From Candidatus Latescibacterota bacterium (lineage in GTDB: Bacteria > Latescibacterota > UBA2968 > UBA8231), in contig OZ242214.1 in the NCBI GenBank assembly GCA_965206595.1, positions 3,040,001-3,104,000 on the forward strand: a DNA stretch of 64,000 nucleotides. Direction: 5' to 3'. This document shows positions 10,347-27,017 of the stretch, one piece after another; within the stretch, counting starts at the first letter, position 1, and the number at the start of each line of letters is the position of its first letter. The notes below the pieces were generated by a model that saw nothing but the letters and a program-made list of their open reading frames with translations, was not told the DNA's origin and made no database searches. A program made the translations under genes and the position numbers.

Positions 10347-10525
10347 CTACCACTTCTCGATTCCCCCCAGGAGCAGCTTCCGCTCGTCGCTGCCGCTCTC
10401 GCGCAGGGCGGTGACCCGGGGGCCGTCGAACGGCTCGCGCGATTTCATCCAGGCGTCCGGTAGCACATCAGGCAGACCCGGCGCCGGGTGCCCGAGGTAT
10501 TGGCCGCGCCCCGGTGGTAGAGCCA
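10347..10525 (-). pseudogene. C-terminal relic of a PhyH-type dioxygenase
   Basis: One frame reads LYHRGAANTSGTRRRVCLMCY, shifting to AWMKSREPFDGPRV...GGIEKW*; no 5' part present. Confidence 0.55.
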
Positions 10526-10600
10526 GCCATCGAAGAGGACGGCCTGTCCGGGTCGCGCCAGGACGCTCAGCTCGTCCGGGGAACGGGAGTAGCGGCCAAT

Positions 10601-11345
10601 TCAGGCAACCCCCTCGGCCACCACCGGATTGCGCAGCACGCCGATGCCCTCGATCTCGATCTCCACCACGTCGCCGGGCTGTACCTCGCCGACGCCGGAA
10701 GGGGTGCCGGTCAGGATGACGTCCCCGGGCAGCAGGGTAATGGCGGCGCTGAGGGTACTCGATCAGCTCGGCCACGGAAAAGATCAGGTCCGCGGTCGAT
10801 GTCGACTGCACGACGCGTCCGTTCAGCCGTGTCGTCAGCTGCAGGTCCGAAGAGTCGAGGCCGGTGGCGATCCAGGGGCCCAGGGGCTTGAAGGTGTCGA
10901 ACCCCTTGCCGATCAGCAGGCAGCCGTTGTCCATCTCCGCCTTCTGGATCACGCGCTCGCTGACGTCGTTGCCGATGGTGTAGCCGAACACGTGGTCGAG
11001 GGCACGGTCCGCGGACACGCGGCGGGCCGCCGTGCCGATGACCGCGGCCAGTTCCCCCTCGTAATGCACGACCCTGCCCTGCCTCGGGTAGACGATGCCG
11101 TCGCCGGGGTTGCAGACCGCGGTGGCCGGCAGCTGAAACAGGATCGGCCGATCGGGCGGGTCATGGCCGCTCTCCGCGGCGTGGGCGGCGTAGTTCAGGC
11201 CGACGCCGATCAGGCGCGGGTTCGCCACCGGGGCCAGCAGCCGGACGTCCGCGAGGGCGAGCTGCCCGCCCGTGCGGACGAGCCCGCCGTACCCGGGGCC
11301 CTCCAACAGGTCCAGCATGCCGGCGCCGGCGAGGACACCGTCCAC
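10601..11345 (-). pseudogene. Fumarylacetoacetate hydrolase family protein, frameshifted near 10754
   Basis: GLNYAAH, HYEGELAAVIG, GYTIGNDVSER, KGFDTF; removing one base restores [22 protein letters not shown]...LRNPV* ending 10601. Confidence 0.8.
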
Positions 11346-11354
11346 GGACCGGAC

Positions 11355-11663
11355 TCAACCCAATACGGAAAGCGCCAGCCACCCGAAGAACCCGGCATTC
11401 GCCGCAACCAGAGCTGTGCCCAGCTTCCTGTGGTTCCGTCGGGTAGCAACCGCTGCCACCAGGTAGACGCCGACCGGAAACAACCCCCACAGGAAGAAGC
11501 CCGGCGATGCGGCAAGGTACGCCGACGCCGGGCCGACCAGGACCGCGGCCACGAGCACGGACGTTGGACGCCTGCGGGCCAGTCCGAAGGAGGCCGCCAG
11601 CACACTCAGCACCACCGCCGGCCAGAAGAGCAGGACAGGCCAGAGCACCAGCAGGTCAGCCAT
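11355..11663 (-). CDS. Small hydrophobic membrane protein
   Basis: 102 aa from MADLLVLWP, about 4 hydrophobic segments. Confidence 0.6.
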   Translation of the reverse strand: MADLLVLWPVLLFWPAVVLSVLAASFGLARRRPTSVLVAAVLVGPASAYLAASPGFFLWGLFPVGVYLVAAVATRRNHRKLGTALVAANAGFFGWLALSVLG

Positions 11664-11879
11664 GTACCGTGTGACGCGAGCCGCACGCGCTCGCGGGCGG
11701 CCGCCGCGCTCTCCGTGGAGCAGCGCCGAGGTCGATGCCCGCGGTTCGTCCTGAGGGGACGCCTTGCAGCGCCCGAAGCGCCGCGCGGTCTCGCGCTCCA
11801 CCCAGCCTCAGGGTGCATGGAGAAGCGGTGCGGCGATCTCGACGACGACATGCCCGCGGCACCTGAAATCGGTGTTTCA

Positions 11880-13244
11880 TCAGCTTCCCGCTTCTTCTTC
11901 CGACACGCGGCGTTGTCCGCTCTCCTGCGCAGGGACCGGTTCGATCGCCGGCGCCTCCTCCCCCGCCTCGAGCATGCGCCGGATCAGCCGTTCCCGCATC
12001 GCCGCGGCCACCGCTTCATGCGACCGGAGCCCGACGAGATTCCGCAGCTCGTAGGGGTCCGCCTCGAGGTCGTAGAGGTACTGCTCGACATACCGGTCGG
12101 ATCCGGGATAATCGCGGCCGCTCCTGCCGGGTGCATCCACGCCGTACTTCCAGCGCCGCGTCCGGACCGCCCGCCCCACCTGCGCTTCGCTGGTCTGCAC
12201 GAAGACCTCCTGCGGCCAGCCGGCCGTATCGCCACGCAGGAGCGGACAAAGCGAGCGGCCCTGCATCTCGGCGGGAACCGCCATCCCCGCGGCATCGAGA
12301 AGGGTCGGCGGGAGGTCGACGAGGCTCACCAACTCCTGGAGTTGCCCTCCGCCCGTGAACCCGGGGCCGTGGAACGCGGTCGGCACGCGGATCGAGCTTT
12401 CGTGGCATGAACGCTTGTACTCGTTGTTGCGCGTCTTGAAGTGGCAGCCGTGGTCGGAGGTGAACAGGAGGACGGTATTGTCGAGCAGGTCGAGGCTTTT
12501 CAGCGCGTCCAGAATCCTGCCGAGCGCTTCGTCCAGCCTCTTGACCATGCCGTAGTAGCCGCCGAGGTGCTGGTGCGCCGAACCCTCGAGGGCGGCGAGA
12601 TCGGGCGGCATCCACCTTCCCGTATACCGCTCCCGGTACCCGTCCGGGGGCGGGTAATCGTCGATATGGTTCTGGTGATGCGGCTCGATGTACGAGGTGA
12701 AGAGATAGAAGGGCTCGTTCCTGTGCCCGTCGACGTACCGGATCACGGCATCGGTCAGCGCGTCCACGCGGTAGCCGGGAAGGTCGACCGGTTGATTGTC
12801 GTTGTCGTACAGGGTGGTCTTGTACGCGTCGGAGGTGAACTCGAGGACGTTGGAGGCCAGCCAGTAGTCGTACCCGCCGCGATGCCCGGCCGGCACCGGT
12901 CCGATGGCCTCCCTGGAGTAGAGGTGCCACTTGCCGATGTATCCGGTGGCGTAGCCGGCCTCGCCGAAGTGGTGGGCGAGGGTCTTCAGCTCGCCGGACA
13001 GCGGGATGCCGTTCCGGTAGCATCCGGTGCGGGTTGCGTACATCCCGGTCTGCAGGCAGGAGCGCGCCGGCCCGCACACAGGCTGGCAGGTGAAGGAGCG
13101 CCGGACATGGGTGCCGCGCTGCGCCATGCGGTCGAAGTTGGGCGTCAGGTCGAGCGGGTTGCCGTGCAGCCCGGAGGTGTCCCACCGCTGCTGATCGGTG
13201 AAGAAGACGAGGACATTGGGTCGATTTGCTTCAGGTCGGGGCAT
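11880..13244 (-). CDS. Cys-type (formylglycine) sulfatase
   Basis: PNVLVFFTDQQR, CGPARSCLQTG (CxPxR), GKWHL, FTSDHG, LYDLEADPYE. Confidence 0.93.
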   Translation of the reverse strand: MPRPEANRPNVLVFFTDQQRWDTSGLHGNPLDLTPNFDRMAQRGTHVRRSFTCQPVCGPARSCLQTGMYATRTGCYRNGIPLSGELKTLAHHFGEAGYATGYIGKWHLYSREAIGPVPAGHRGGYDYWLASNVLEFTSDAYKTTLYDNDNQPVDLPGYRVDALTDAVIRYVDGHRNEPFYLFTSYIEPHHQNHIDDYPPPDGYRERYTGRWMPPDLAALEGSAHQHLGGYYGMVKRLDEALGRILDALKSLDLLDNTVLLFTSDHGCHFKTRNNEYKRSCHESSIRVPTAFHGPGFTGGGQLQELVSLVDLPPTLLDAAGMAVPAEMQGRSLCPLLRGDTAGWPQEVFVQTSEAQVGRAVRTRRWKYGVDAPGRSGRDYPGSDRYVEQYLYDLEADPYELRNLVGLRSHEAVAAAMRERLIRRMLEAGEEAPAIEPVPAQESGQRRVSEEEAGS

Positions 13245-13485
13245 GGCCTGCTTTTTCTCTCTATCTCTCTCTATTCGGTTTTTGGTTTCCAATCGCCTTG
13301 ACGAGCTTGCCTTGGCGAGCCGGGAATCAGCGCCGACTTGCCCGTCAAGTCCAATACTTTCCTTCTGCGCCAGGACTTCCTCCAATTGTAATTCGAACTT
13401 TGTTTGTACCAGCGGGTTCGGTTGCCGATTTTCATTTACTTCCTCCGAAGCACAGCCAGTTCTAGTCGAACTTCAGGAGACTCCC

Positions 13486-14517
13486 TTGAAAGCCGTCGTC
13501 CTTCATAAAGCCGGGGACCTGCGAATCGAGGAGCGCGGAGAAGGCGCCCCGTGTCCCGGCGAGGTCAAGGTCCGGATGGCTGCCGGCGGCGTCTGCGGAA
13601 CCGACCTCCACTACTACAATCACGGGGGCTTCGGATCGGTGGTCCTCAGGGAGCCGATGATCCTCGGGCACGAAGTCGCCGGCCATATCGCCGCGGTGGG
13701 CCCCGAGGTTGAAGGTCTCGCTCCGGGAGACCTGGTCGCGGTCTCTCCCTCGCGTCCCTGCGGGGACTGCCGCTTCTGTGCCGGCGGCCTGCACATCCAT
13801 TGCCCCGACATGCGGTTCTACGGCTCCGCCATGCCGTTCCCGCACATCCAGGGGGCTTTCCGCGAAGAGCTGGTCGCCGACGCTTCCCAGTGCGTGAAGG
13901 CGGACGGGCTTTCCGCGGGAGAGGCGGCCATGGCCGAACCCCTGTCGGTGTGCCTGCACGCAACCCGCCGGGCCGGCGAGCTGAAGGGGAAGCGGGTGCT
14001 GGTCACCGGGTGCGGGCCGATCGGGGTGCTCTCCATCCTGGCGGCGCGCTGGGCAGGGGCTTCCGAGATCGTCGCCACCGACCTCGTCGGCAACGCCCTC
14101 AAGCACGCGGCCGCGGCCGGGGCCGACCGGGTGATCGACGTTACCGAAGCTACCGGCGGGCTGGAGGCGTACGCCGCGGACAAGGGGTATTTCGATCTGC
14201 TCTACGAGTGCACCGGTTCGTCCGCGGCCCTGTCAGGAGCGGTAGCGGCGATGCGTCCGCGCGCCGTGGTGATGCAGCTCGGGCTCGGCGGCGACATGAC
14301 CGTGCCGACGATGCAGATCACCGTGAAGGAGCTCGAACTGCGCGGCTCGTTCCGGTTCCACGAGGAGTTCGCGACCGCGGTGCGGCTGATGCAGTCCGGA
14401 GCCATCGACGTGAAAGCGGCGATAACCCACACCCTTCCTCTCGAGGAGGCCGAGCTCGCTTTCCGGATTGCGAACAATCGCAGCCAGGCGATGAAGACGC
14501 AGATCGCTTTCGCCTGA
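13486..14517 (+). CDS. idnD: L-idonate 5-dehydrogenase-like Zn-dependent alcohol dehydrogenase
   Basis: TTG start after AGGAGA; CGTDLHYY, GHE, structural Zn Cys, MRFYGSAMPFPHIQGAF, GCGPIG, GSFRF. Confidence 0.8.
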   Translation: MKAVVLHKAGDLRIEERGEGAPCPGEVKVRMAAGGVCGTDLHYYNHGGFGSVVLREPMILGHEVAGHIAAVGPEVEGLAPGDLVAVSPSRPCGDCRFCAGGLHIHCPDMRFYGSAMPFPHIQGAFREELVADASQCVKADGLSAGEAAMAEPLSVCLHATRRAGELKGKRVLVTGCGPIGVLSILAARWAGASEIVATDLVGNALKHAAAAGADRVIDVTEATGGLEAYAADKGYFDLLYECTGSSAALSGAVAAMRPRAVVMQLGLGGDMTVPTMQITVKELELRGSFRFHEEFATAVRLMQSGAIDVKAAITHTLPLEEAELAFRIANNRSQAMKTQIAFA

Positions 14518-14591
14518 GGTGCCCCGGGCAGCCGGGTCGAGGACTGACGCGGTCAGGGTCTACGCACGGCGAGCGCCACCACGCCTATCGA

Positions 14592-15930
14592 TCACTCCAC
14601 CGATAAAACGAGCTTTTTCCAATCCGGAAACGTTCCCCGTTCAAGGAATTTCAGCAACGCCTTTCGGCCAAGCTCGTACCCTTGCTCTGCGATTTGCGCG
14701 GCCTCCTTCCGCTTCCCGCTCTTCCTGTCCCGGCCCCCATGCACGATCCCAGAACGGGCATCATAGAAACGCTTCACCGCGTCGAACACTTCAACCCGAG
14801 TCTCCGGCTCGTCGCCCAGAAGGTGTGCAGCCCTTACGGACAGCTTGTGGGTCAACTCGCCACCCTTCAGCTGAAACATCACTTCCAGTGCCACAGCTAC
14901 ATCAAGGATGCGGTCCTCCTGCCAGAATCTTCCTCGATTGCGCCGCACCGACGAAACTAGCCGAGAGAGCGCCAGTTCCAGGAGATCACGCTTGTCCCTC
15001 CCGAAACTCGTCCATTCGCAGAACAGGCGACGGGCCTGCGTGACATGCTCCGATTTCAGCTCCTTCACCTTCCACCAATCCGTGGACACGAACCCCACCT
15101 TGGTTCCGGGCCCGAAGTTGGGATCCACGTCCACGAAATCCGGCGCACACGAGAGAATCTCCACCACCTCGATCCGTTGCGATGTCACAAGCGATAACAG
15201 GTTGAGAAGCACTTCGTCCGCTAGACCGTTTCTCCAAGAGAATTTGACCCGTAGCGGCGGGTCATTGACGTGCTTCGACGTCCTTGGGGTCACTAGGCAA
15301 GGGCTCCAGATCATTTTTCGAAACAGTACCAAGGCTTGCATATCCCTGTAGGGTGTAACGTCATTCCAAGGCGCAGGCTCCTCTTTCTTGAGCATTCCGC
15401 GTTTAACCGCGTCTTCATAAGACGCGAGGCCGGCGTCCGGCCCAAGCTCAACCACGCCGTTCATCACCAGTCCGCGAATTACCACAACATTGTAACCGGG
15501 CAAACGTCCTTCCGTACCAAGCGTCAGGAATTTGTCCATTTCCTCCGCTGCTGCCTCGTCTCCCCGTCTTGCGCCGATCCGTCGCTGCCCGCTGCGCCAA
15601 TTGCTTCAATTCGACGCGGAAACCCTTACCAGGCATCGTCACGAACGTCGCCGTATCTTTACCCTGTCCACCAAAGACCGCACCTACCCCCGGGTGTTTC
15701 ACCACAAGCTCGATCACCTTGCTTGGGTCCGCGTGGATTTCCGTCAGGTAATCGTCCAGCACCGCTCGCGCTTTCACGTCCACCCGACCGCGCTTTGCCA
15801 GCTCCTGATACTCAGCGTTACCCAGGTCCGGCAGCCCCTGACGATGTGCAGTCAGGGTCCCTGATAGCGGGCCCAACGCCTCCCCAAACGCATTGCGCCA
15901 TGCTTCCCGACTTGGATCACTCACAGTCAC
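14592..15930 (-). pseudogene. HEPN (ApeA-like) domain protein split by a +1 frameshift near 15582
   Basis: ORFs 15448..15930 and 14592..15539 join in shifted frame (QRAA/RIGARRGDEAAAEEMDK); VALE...YDARSGIVHG is the HEPN RxxxxH motif. Confidence 0.7.
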
Positions 15931-15998
15931 CGCGATAACCCCGGCCCGACTCTTTTAGCCACGGCCTAAGCGCTTCCCCCGAAACCCCAAGACACCAA

Positions 15999-16044
15999 AG
16001 TAGTGAGAGATTTGTGAAGCGAGTAGTGAGAGATTTGTGAAGCG
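15999..16044. repeat. Perfect tandem duplication of a 23-bp unit
   Basis: agtagtgagagatttgtgaagcg x2 (15999-16021, 16022-16044). Confidence 0.95.
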
Positions 16045-16127
16045 CGGTGGAATCTTTCAGCACAGGTCGCACCCCTATTTTATCTTTCATCGTCGTACTC
16101 TCACTTTTTTCTCCTTCACTGTTGCAC

Positions 16128-22801
<6,674 letters not shown>

Positions 22802-22949
22802 CCGATCGGTTTCCCTTGTGGTTCATTGTTAAGGCATTTTCAGAAAGAACACTTCGACTTGGCAGCTCATGATTCTTCCGGCCGACACTTAGGAAAATAA
22901 CGCACCGTTTAATCGATACCCTGTCAAGTTGCAGATAGGACACACACGC

Positions 22950-23498
22950 CCTGAGACCGGTCTCCTCCTTGAGCCGCTCCCGCGCGTCGTTTCCGCGCGG
23001 CATGTTCTGATCTTGGCACAGCCACCAGGGGAAGTAGACGTTGATCATGCCCACCCGGGGACCGTCGCTGCGGTTGGCCCCTCCGGTGTGCCAGAGCCGG
23101 TTGTCGAACAGCAGCACGCTGCCCGCGGCACCGGTCACCTGGGTCTCTCCGGGATGGGGGATCGGCAAGTCGAGGCCGGCGGTGCGGTTGGTCGGCGCCC
23201 GGTGCCGGGAAACTCGACAAACCCCTTCACGGAGCCCATCCGGAGGTAGGGCCGAACATTGCCCGCATGGGGGCGAGCAGGCGCTCGTGCGCCAGGTACG
23301 GGGCGAATCGCCTGGTCGTGGTTGATGCAGAAGGGGATGAACCGATTCGGTGTTGGTCCCCCAGGTCCGGCCGAGCCGCCTCGCCGCTGTCTCCTCGATG
23401 CTCTCCCGCACCTCGGTCACCTCGCCGGGGGGAATGATCCCCTCCAGCAGGGACCAGCCGTGCACCCGGTGCTGGAACAGTACTTCGTCGAGACTCAT
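22950..23498 (-). pseudogene. Decayed PhyH dioxygenase, 3'-truncated at the R-M island border
   Basis: HGWSLLEGIIP start; FAPYLAHERLL in another frame; HxD region missing; LLFDNRLWHTGGANRS...R retained; runs into lower-GC sequence near 22950. Confidence 0.7.
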
Positions 23499-23692
23499 AT
23501 GTCGCAGGCGGCCATGGACTTCGAGGTAACGCGTTGGTTCGCAAGGGACCCGCCTTTTTCCAAACGGCCCGCCACATTCCAGGCAAAACAGTCCGGGAAC
23601 ATGGTTTACAATTCCGGCGGGCGGCTGTTATCGTATGCCCACCGCCGGCGCATCCGGTGCCGCACACCACACCCGAAACAGGAGCACGCATC

Positions 23693-24631
23693 GTGAAAGT
23701 CGCTGTCTGGGGCCGTGAGCTCGAGGACTCCTACCTGAAGTTCGTCTGCCAGATCGGAGCGGACGCCGTCGACGGGTTGCCCATACCCAACGAGCCGGGG
23801 AAGGGGTATTTCGATCTCGACGAGACCCTGAAGATCAAGAGGAAGATCGCATCCTGGGGAATGGAGATTAACCGCGTTTCCCTGCCCTACCTGTCGGAGA
23901 CCTACGTCGACGACGGCGACGGCGCCGAGGAGGAGCTGGAAAACTGCTGCCAGTCCCTGCGGGTGCTGGGGGAAGCGAAGCTGCCCCTGGGCCGGGTCGG
24001 TTTCGCCAGGGACGTGTACCCGTGGATGCGCAAGGACCACCGCGCCGTCCATCGCGGCGGCTACGTGTACCGCGGCGAGGGCGTTGAGGAAGGCACGGTC
24101 CCTCCCTCCGCCGAGGAGCAGGAGCGCTACTGGGGCCGGGTCTGCCACGCCTACGCAAAGCTCGTCCCCATAGCCGAGGAGTACGGCGTGCGGCTGATCA
24201 TGCATCCCTCCGATCCCCCGAGCCCGGACGCCCCCTTCGGCGGCCTCGGGTTCCACCGCCTGATCGACTCCTTCCCCAGCCCCAGCGTCGGCTACCTCTA
24301 CTGCTGCGGCACCCGCTGCCAGGCGGGCGGCCTGCCCCTGGTGCTCGACGAGATCCACAACTACGGCCGCAAGAACCGGATCTTCATGGTCCACTTCCGC
24401 AACGTCCGCGGCAGCATCGCCACGGCCAACGGCTTCGAGGAGGTGCTGCTCGACGACGGCGACATGAACATGTTCAAGGTCCTGCTCGAGCTGCGGCGCG
24501 TCGGCTTCGACGGCTGCCTGAACCCCGACCACTGCCCCGCCCTCGAAGGGGACGGTCCCGAGGCCACCCAGTCCCTGGCCTACGCGGTGGGCTACATCAA
24601 GGCTATGCTCGCGGCCCTGGCGGTGGTGTAG
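23693..24631 (+). CDS. Mannonate dehydratase (UxuA)-like TIM-barrel protein
   Basis: GTG after AGGAG; PIAEEYGVRLIMHPSDPP, VHFRNVRG, DDGDMNM, PDH, YAVGYIKA. Confidence 0.85.
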   Translation: MKVAVWGRELEDSYLKFVCQIGADAVDGLPIPNEPGKGYFDLDETLKIKRKIASWGMEINRVSLPYLSETYVDDGDGAEEELENCCQSLRVLGEAKLPLGRVGFARDVYPWMRKDHRAVHRGGYVYRGEGVEEGTVPPSAEEQERYWGRVCHAYAKLVPIAEEYGVRLIMHPSDPPSPDAPFGGLGFHRLIDSFPSPSVGYLYCCGTRCQAGGLPLVLDEIHNYGRKNRIFMVHFRNVRGSIATANGFEEVLLDDGDMNMFKVLLELRRVGFDGCLNPDHCPALEGDGPEATQSLAYAVGYIKAMLAALAVV

Positions 24632-24709
24632 GGAGGATGAAGGGGGTGCGCGCCTGAAAACCGGAACCAGCAGTAGTTTTTCCCCGCATTCCACCCCAAG
24701 GAGGGTGCC

Positions 24710-26227
24710 GTGACTGCGACGACCATGACGGAACACGAGAACTACTACTTCGACGTGTGCGGCTACCTCATCGTCCGCAACGCCCTCTCCCACGTCGAGG
24801 TCGACACCTTCAACAAGGCCTTCGACGCCGCCGTCGACGGGTCGCTGCCGGCCGGCGCCCCGTACCGCTATCCCTTCCTGCAGCTGCGCGACCACCCGGT
24901 TCTCCGGCGCTACCTCTCGGAAATCCTCGGCGGGGAGTACTGCTGCGACGAAGGGCCGGAGTGGATCGGCGCCCCTGGGGCGGCGGCTGACGGCAGGCTA
25001 TCCGGCGGCGGCGAGTGGGTCGACTGGTCGCGCGCCTACCTGCACCGGGGAGGGGTCCGCCTCTGCCAGGGGGTGCGAGCCCTCTGGGCCCTGACCGATG
25101 TCGATCCGGGAGACGGAGGCTTCGTGCTAATCCCGGCCAGCCACAACTCGGAAGTCGAGGCCCCCGAAGACGTGCTCACCGGCGAAGACGACATGGGGCT
25201 GACCTTGCAGCCGGGCCTGCGGGCCGGGGACCTGCTGCTCTGCGCCCACTCGCTGGTGCACGGGGTGCGGCCCCGGAAGGGCTCCAGGCCGGCGCGGACC
25301 CTGGCCTGGACCTACGTCCACTCCCAGGTGCGGGCCCACGACTGGCGCGGCGGCAGCGAACCGGCGCGGGACTGGCTGCCGTCGCTGACCCCGGCGCAGC
25401 GGGCGGTGATGCACGACCCGGACCGCGACGGACTGCCGCCCCCGGTCCGGACCGACGGCGAGACCTCCCGTGTCGAGGAGGACGGCGACGAAATCCACCA
25501 CCCTTCGATCTACCTGCGCGACCCGGAAGCGGAGATCGACGACAAGGAGTTCTACCACTGGGACCTGTGCGGCCACCTGGTCGTCAAGGGGGTGATGGAC
25601 GCCGACTGGCTGGCCGCGGCCAACGAGGCGATCGACCGGAACGCCGACCTCGTCAACGCCGGCCCGAGCGACGCGGCGCGGGATTCGAAGCGCCTCGCCG
25701 GCAGACACGGCGCCTCGATGTCCGACCCCTGGCAGCTGCCCGAGCCGTACTGCGAGCCGTTCCGCCGCATGATCGCCCACCCGGCCCTGATCCGGAGGCT
25801 GAACTGGATCGTGGGCAGCGGCTTCGAGTGCCGCCAGTGCTCGCTGTTCGCCCACCGCAAGGGCGGGGTCGGCCACTACCTGCACAGCGGCACCGCAGAG
25901 CCCGGGGTCGGCAACCACTACCGTTTGCGGAACGGGCGCGCCTACTGCGAGCACCTCAACGTCGCCTGGCAGCTGCGCGACGTCACCGCCGCGGACGGCG
26001 GCTTCTGCTGCATTCCGGGCAGCCACAAGGGGCGCTACCCCCTGCCCGCGGGGATCGCCTCCTGCGACGACGACCCGATGCAGGTGGTGCGCCACGTCGG
26101 CATGGAGGCGGGGGACGTGCTGATCTTCCTCGCCGGGGCGCAGACCCACGGCGCCTTCCCCTGGCGCGGGGACGCCGACCGCAGGGCGGTCTTCTTCGCC
26201 TACCGGGGCCGCAACTTCAAGCGCTGA
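24710..26227 (+). CDS. Tandem two-domain PhyH-family protein
   Basis: Two repeats beginning ENYYFDVCGYL / EFYHWDLCGHL, each with DGGF..IP.SH and G-D-x-L...HG. Confidence 0.88.
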   Translation: MTATTMTEHENYYFDVCGYLIVRNALSHVEVDTFNKAFDAAVDGSLPAGAPYRYPFLQLRDHPVLRRYLSEILGGEYCCDEGPEWIGAPGAAADGRLSGGGEWVDWSRAYLHRGGVRLCQGVRALWALTDVDPGDGGFVLIPASHNSEVEAPEDVLTGEDDMGLTLQPGLRAGDLLLCAHSLVHGVRPRKGSRPARTLAWTYVHSQVRAHDWRGGSEPARDWLPSLTPAQRAVMHDPDRDGLPPPVRTDGETSRVEEDGDEIHHPSIYLRDPEAEIDDKEFYHWDLCGHLVVKGVMDADWLAAANEAIDRNADLVNAGPSDAARDSKRLAGRHGASMSDPWQLPEPYCEPFRRMIAHPALIRRLNWIVGSGFECRQCSLFAHRKGGVGHYLHSGTAEPGVGNHYRLRNGRAYCEHLNVAWQLRDVTAADGGFCCIPGSHKGRYPLPAGIASCDDDPMQVVRHVGMEAGDVLIFLAGAQTHGAFPWRGDADRRAVFFAYRGRNFKR

Positions 26228-26276
26228 GCGGGTTGCTTCCGGGCCGCCGGAAGACTCCCCCTGTCCGGGATCGCGG

Positions 26277-26678
26277 CTACTTGCGCGCGTCGCGCGACAT
26301 CACGTGAGAACAGGTGAGGATGCGGCTGTCCGCGGTTACCACAGTGAGGTCGTGGACTCTCGCCGTGGCGACCAGGATGCGGTCGGCGGGATCCCGATGG
26401 AACTCGCCGGGCAGGTCGTACGCCCCCGCGGCTATCTCGTGGGTAAGGGAAATCGTTTCCGCAAGCAGCGCCTGCAGCGACTCCGAGATCCATGTCTGCA
26501 GCCGCCCCGCCAGAGTCAGCCGCCCCGCCCAGGCGAGCTGGGCGAGTTCCAGCGACGACACCGGGGAAACGAAGAGGCTGTTTTCCTCCGCAGCGAGGGC
26601 ACTCCTCGTACCGGGGCCCAGAGTTTCGGGTGACTCCTGGGTCCAGACCCACACATGGGTATCCAGCAGGAAGTTCAA
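26277..26678 (-). CDS. vapC: VapC/PIN-domain toxin
   Basis: TTG start, LLDTHVWVW, SLELA, HRDPADRILVATA, VTAD. Confidence 0.9.
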   Translation of the reverse strand: MNFLLDTHVWVWTQESPETLGPGTRSALAAEENSLFVSPVSSLELAQLAWAGRLTLAGRLQTWISESLQALLAETISLTHEIAAGAYDLPGEFHRDPADRILVATARVHDLTVVTADSRILTCSHVMSRDARK

Positions 26679-26908
26679 CCTTCCCACTCCCAGTGGTCGG
26701 AGAAGTCGCAGTGGACGATGTCGCCGTGAATGGTCATGCGCCCGCGCAGGCTCCCCAGCTGCCGCTTGCGTGGAGTCTCCCGATAGGGATCGACCGTCGC
26801 GATGGGACGCTTCCGCAAAGTGACGACGAGGGATTCCCCCGTATCGTGAACGGTCTTCAGCTCTTCGATGCACTTCGCCTTGAACTCGGAGATACCCATG
26901 GTCTTCAT
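26675..26908 (-). CDS. Phd/YefM-family antitoxin
   Basis: MKTMGISEFKAKCIEEL...GESLVVT...PIA; 4-nt overlap with the toxin gene. Confidence 0.88.
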   Translation of the reverse strand: MKTMGISEFKAKCIEELKTVHDTGESLVVTLRKRPIATVDPYRETPRKRQLGSLRGRMTIHGDIVHCDFSDHWEWEG

Positions 26909-26964
26909 GGTCGGCTTTCCTTCCACCGGAACGGATTTTTGTATTCGAACATCAGGGAATTTAC

Positions 26965-26984
26965 ACCTGGTCAAATGACCAGGT
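26965..26984 (-). promoter_or_regulatory. Palindromic operator within the TA promoter
   Basis: acctggtca-aa-tgaccaggt; on the minus strand it overlaps TTGACC (-35) and fills most of the spacer to TAAATT (-10). Confidence 0.75.
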
Positions 26985-27017
26985 CAATTACGGGCCTAGT
27001 GCTTGCGCGCCCAGGCA

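Noticed and set aside
15999-16044. Possible mini-CRISPR
   Set aside because: Only two directly adjacent copies, no spacer, no cas genes
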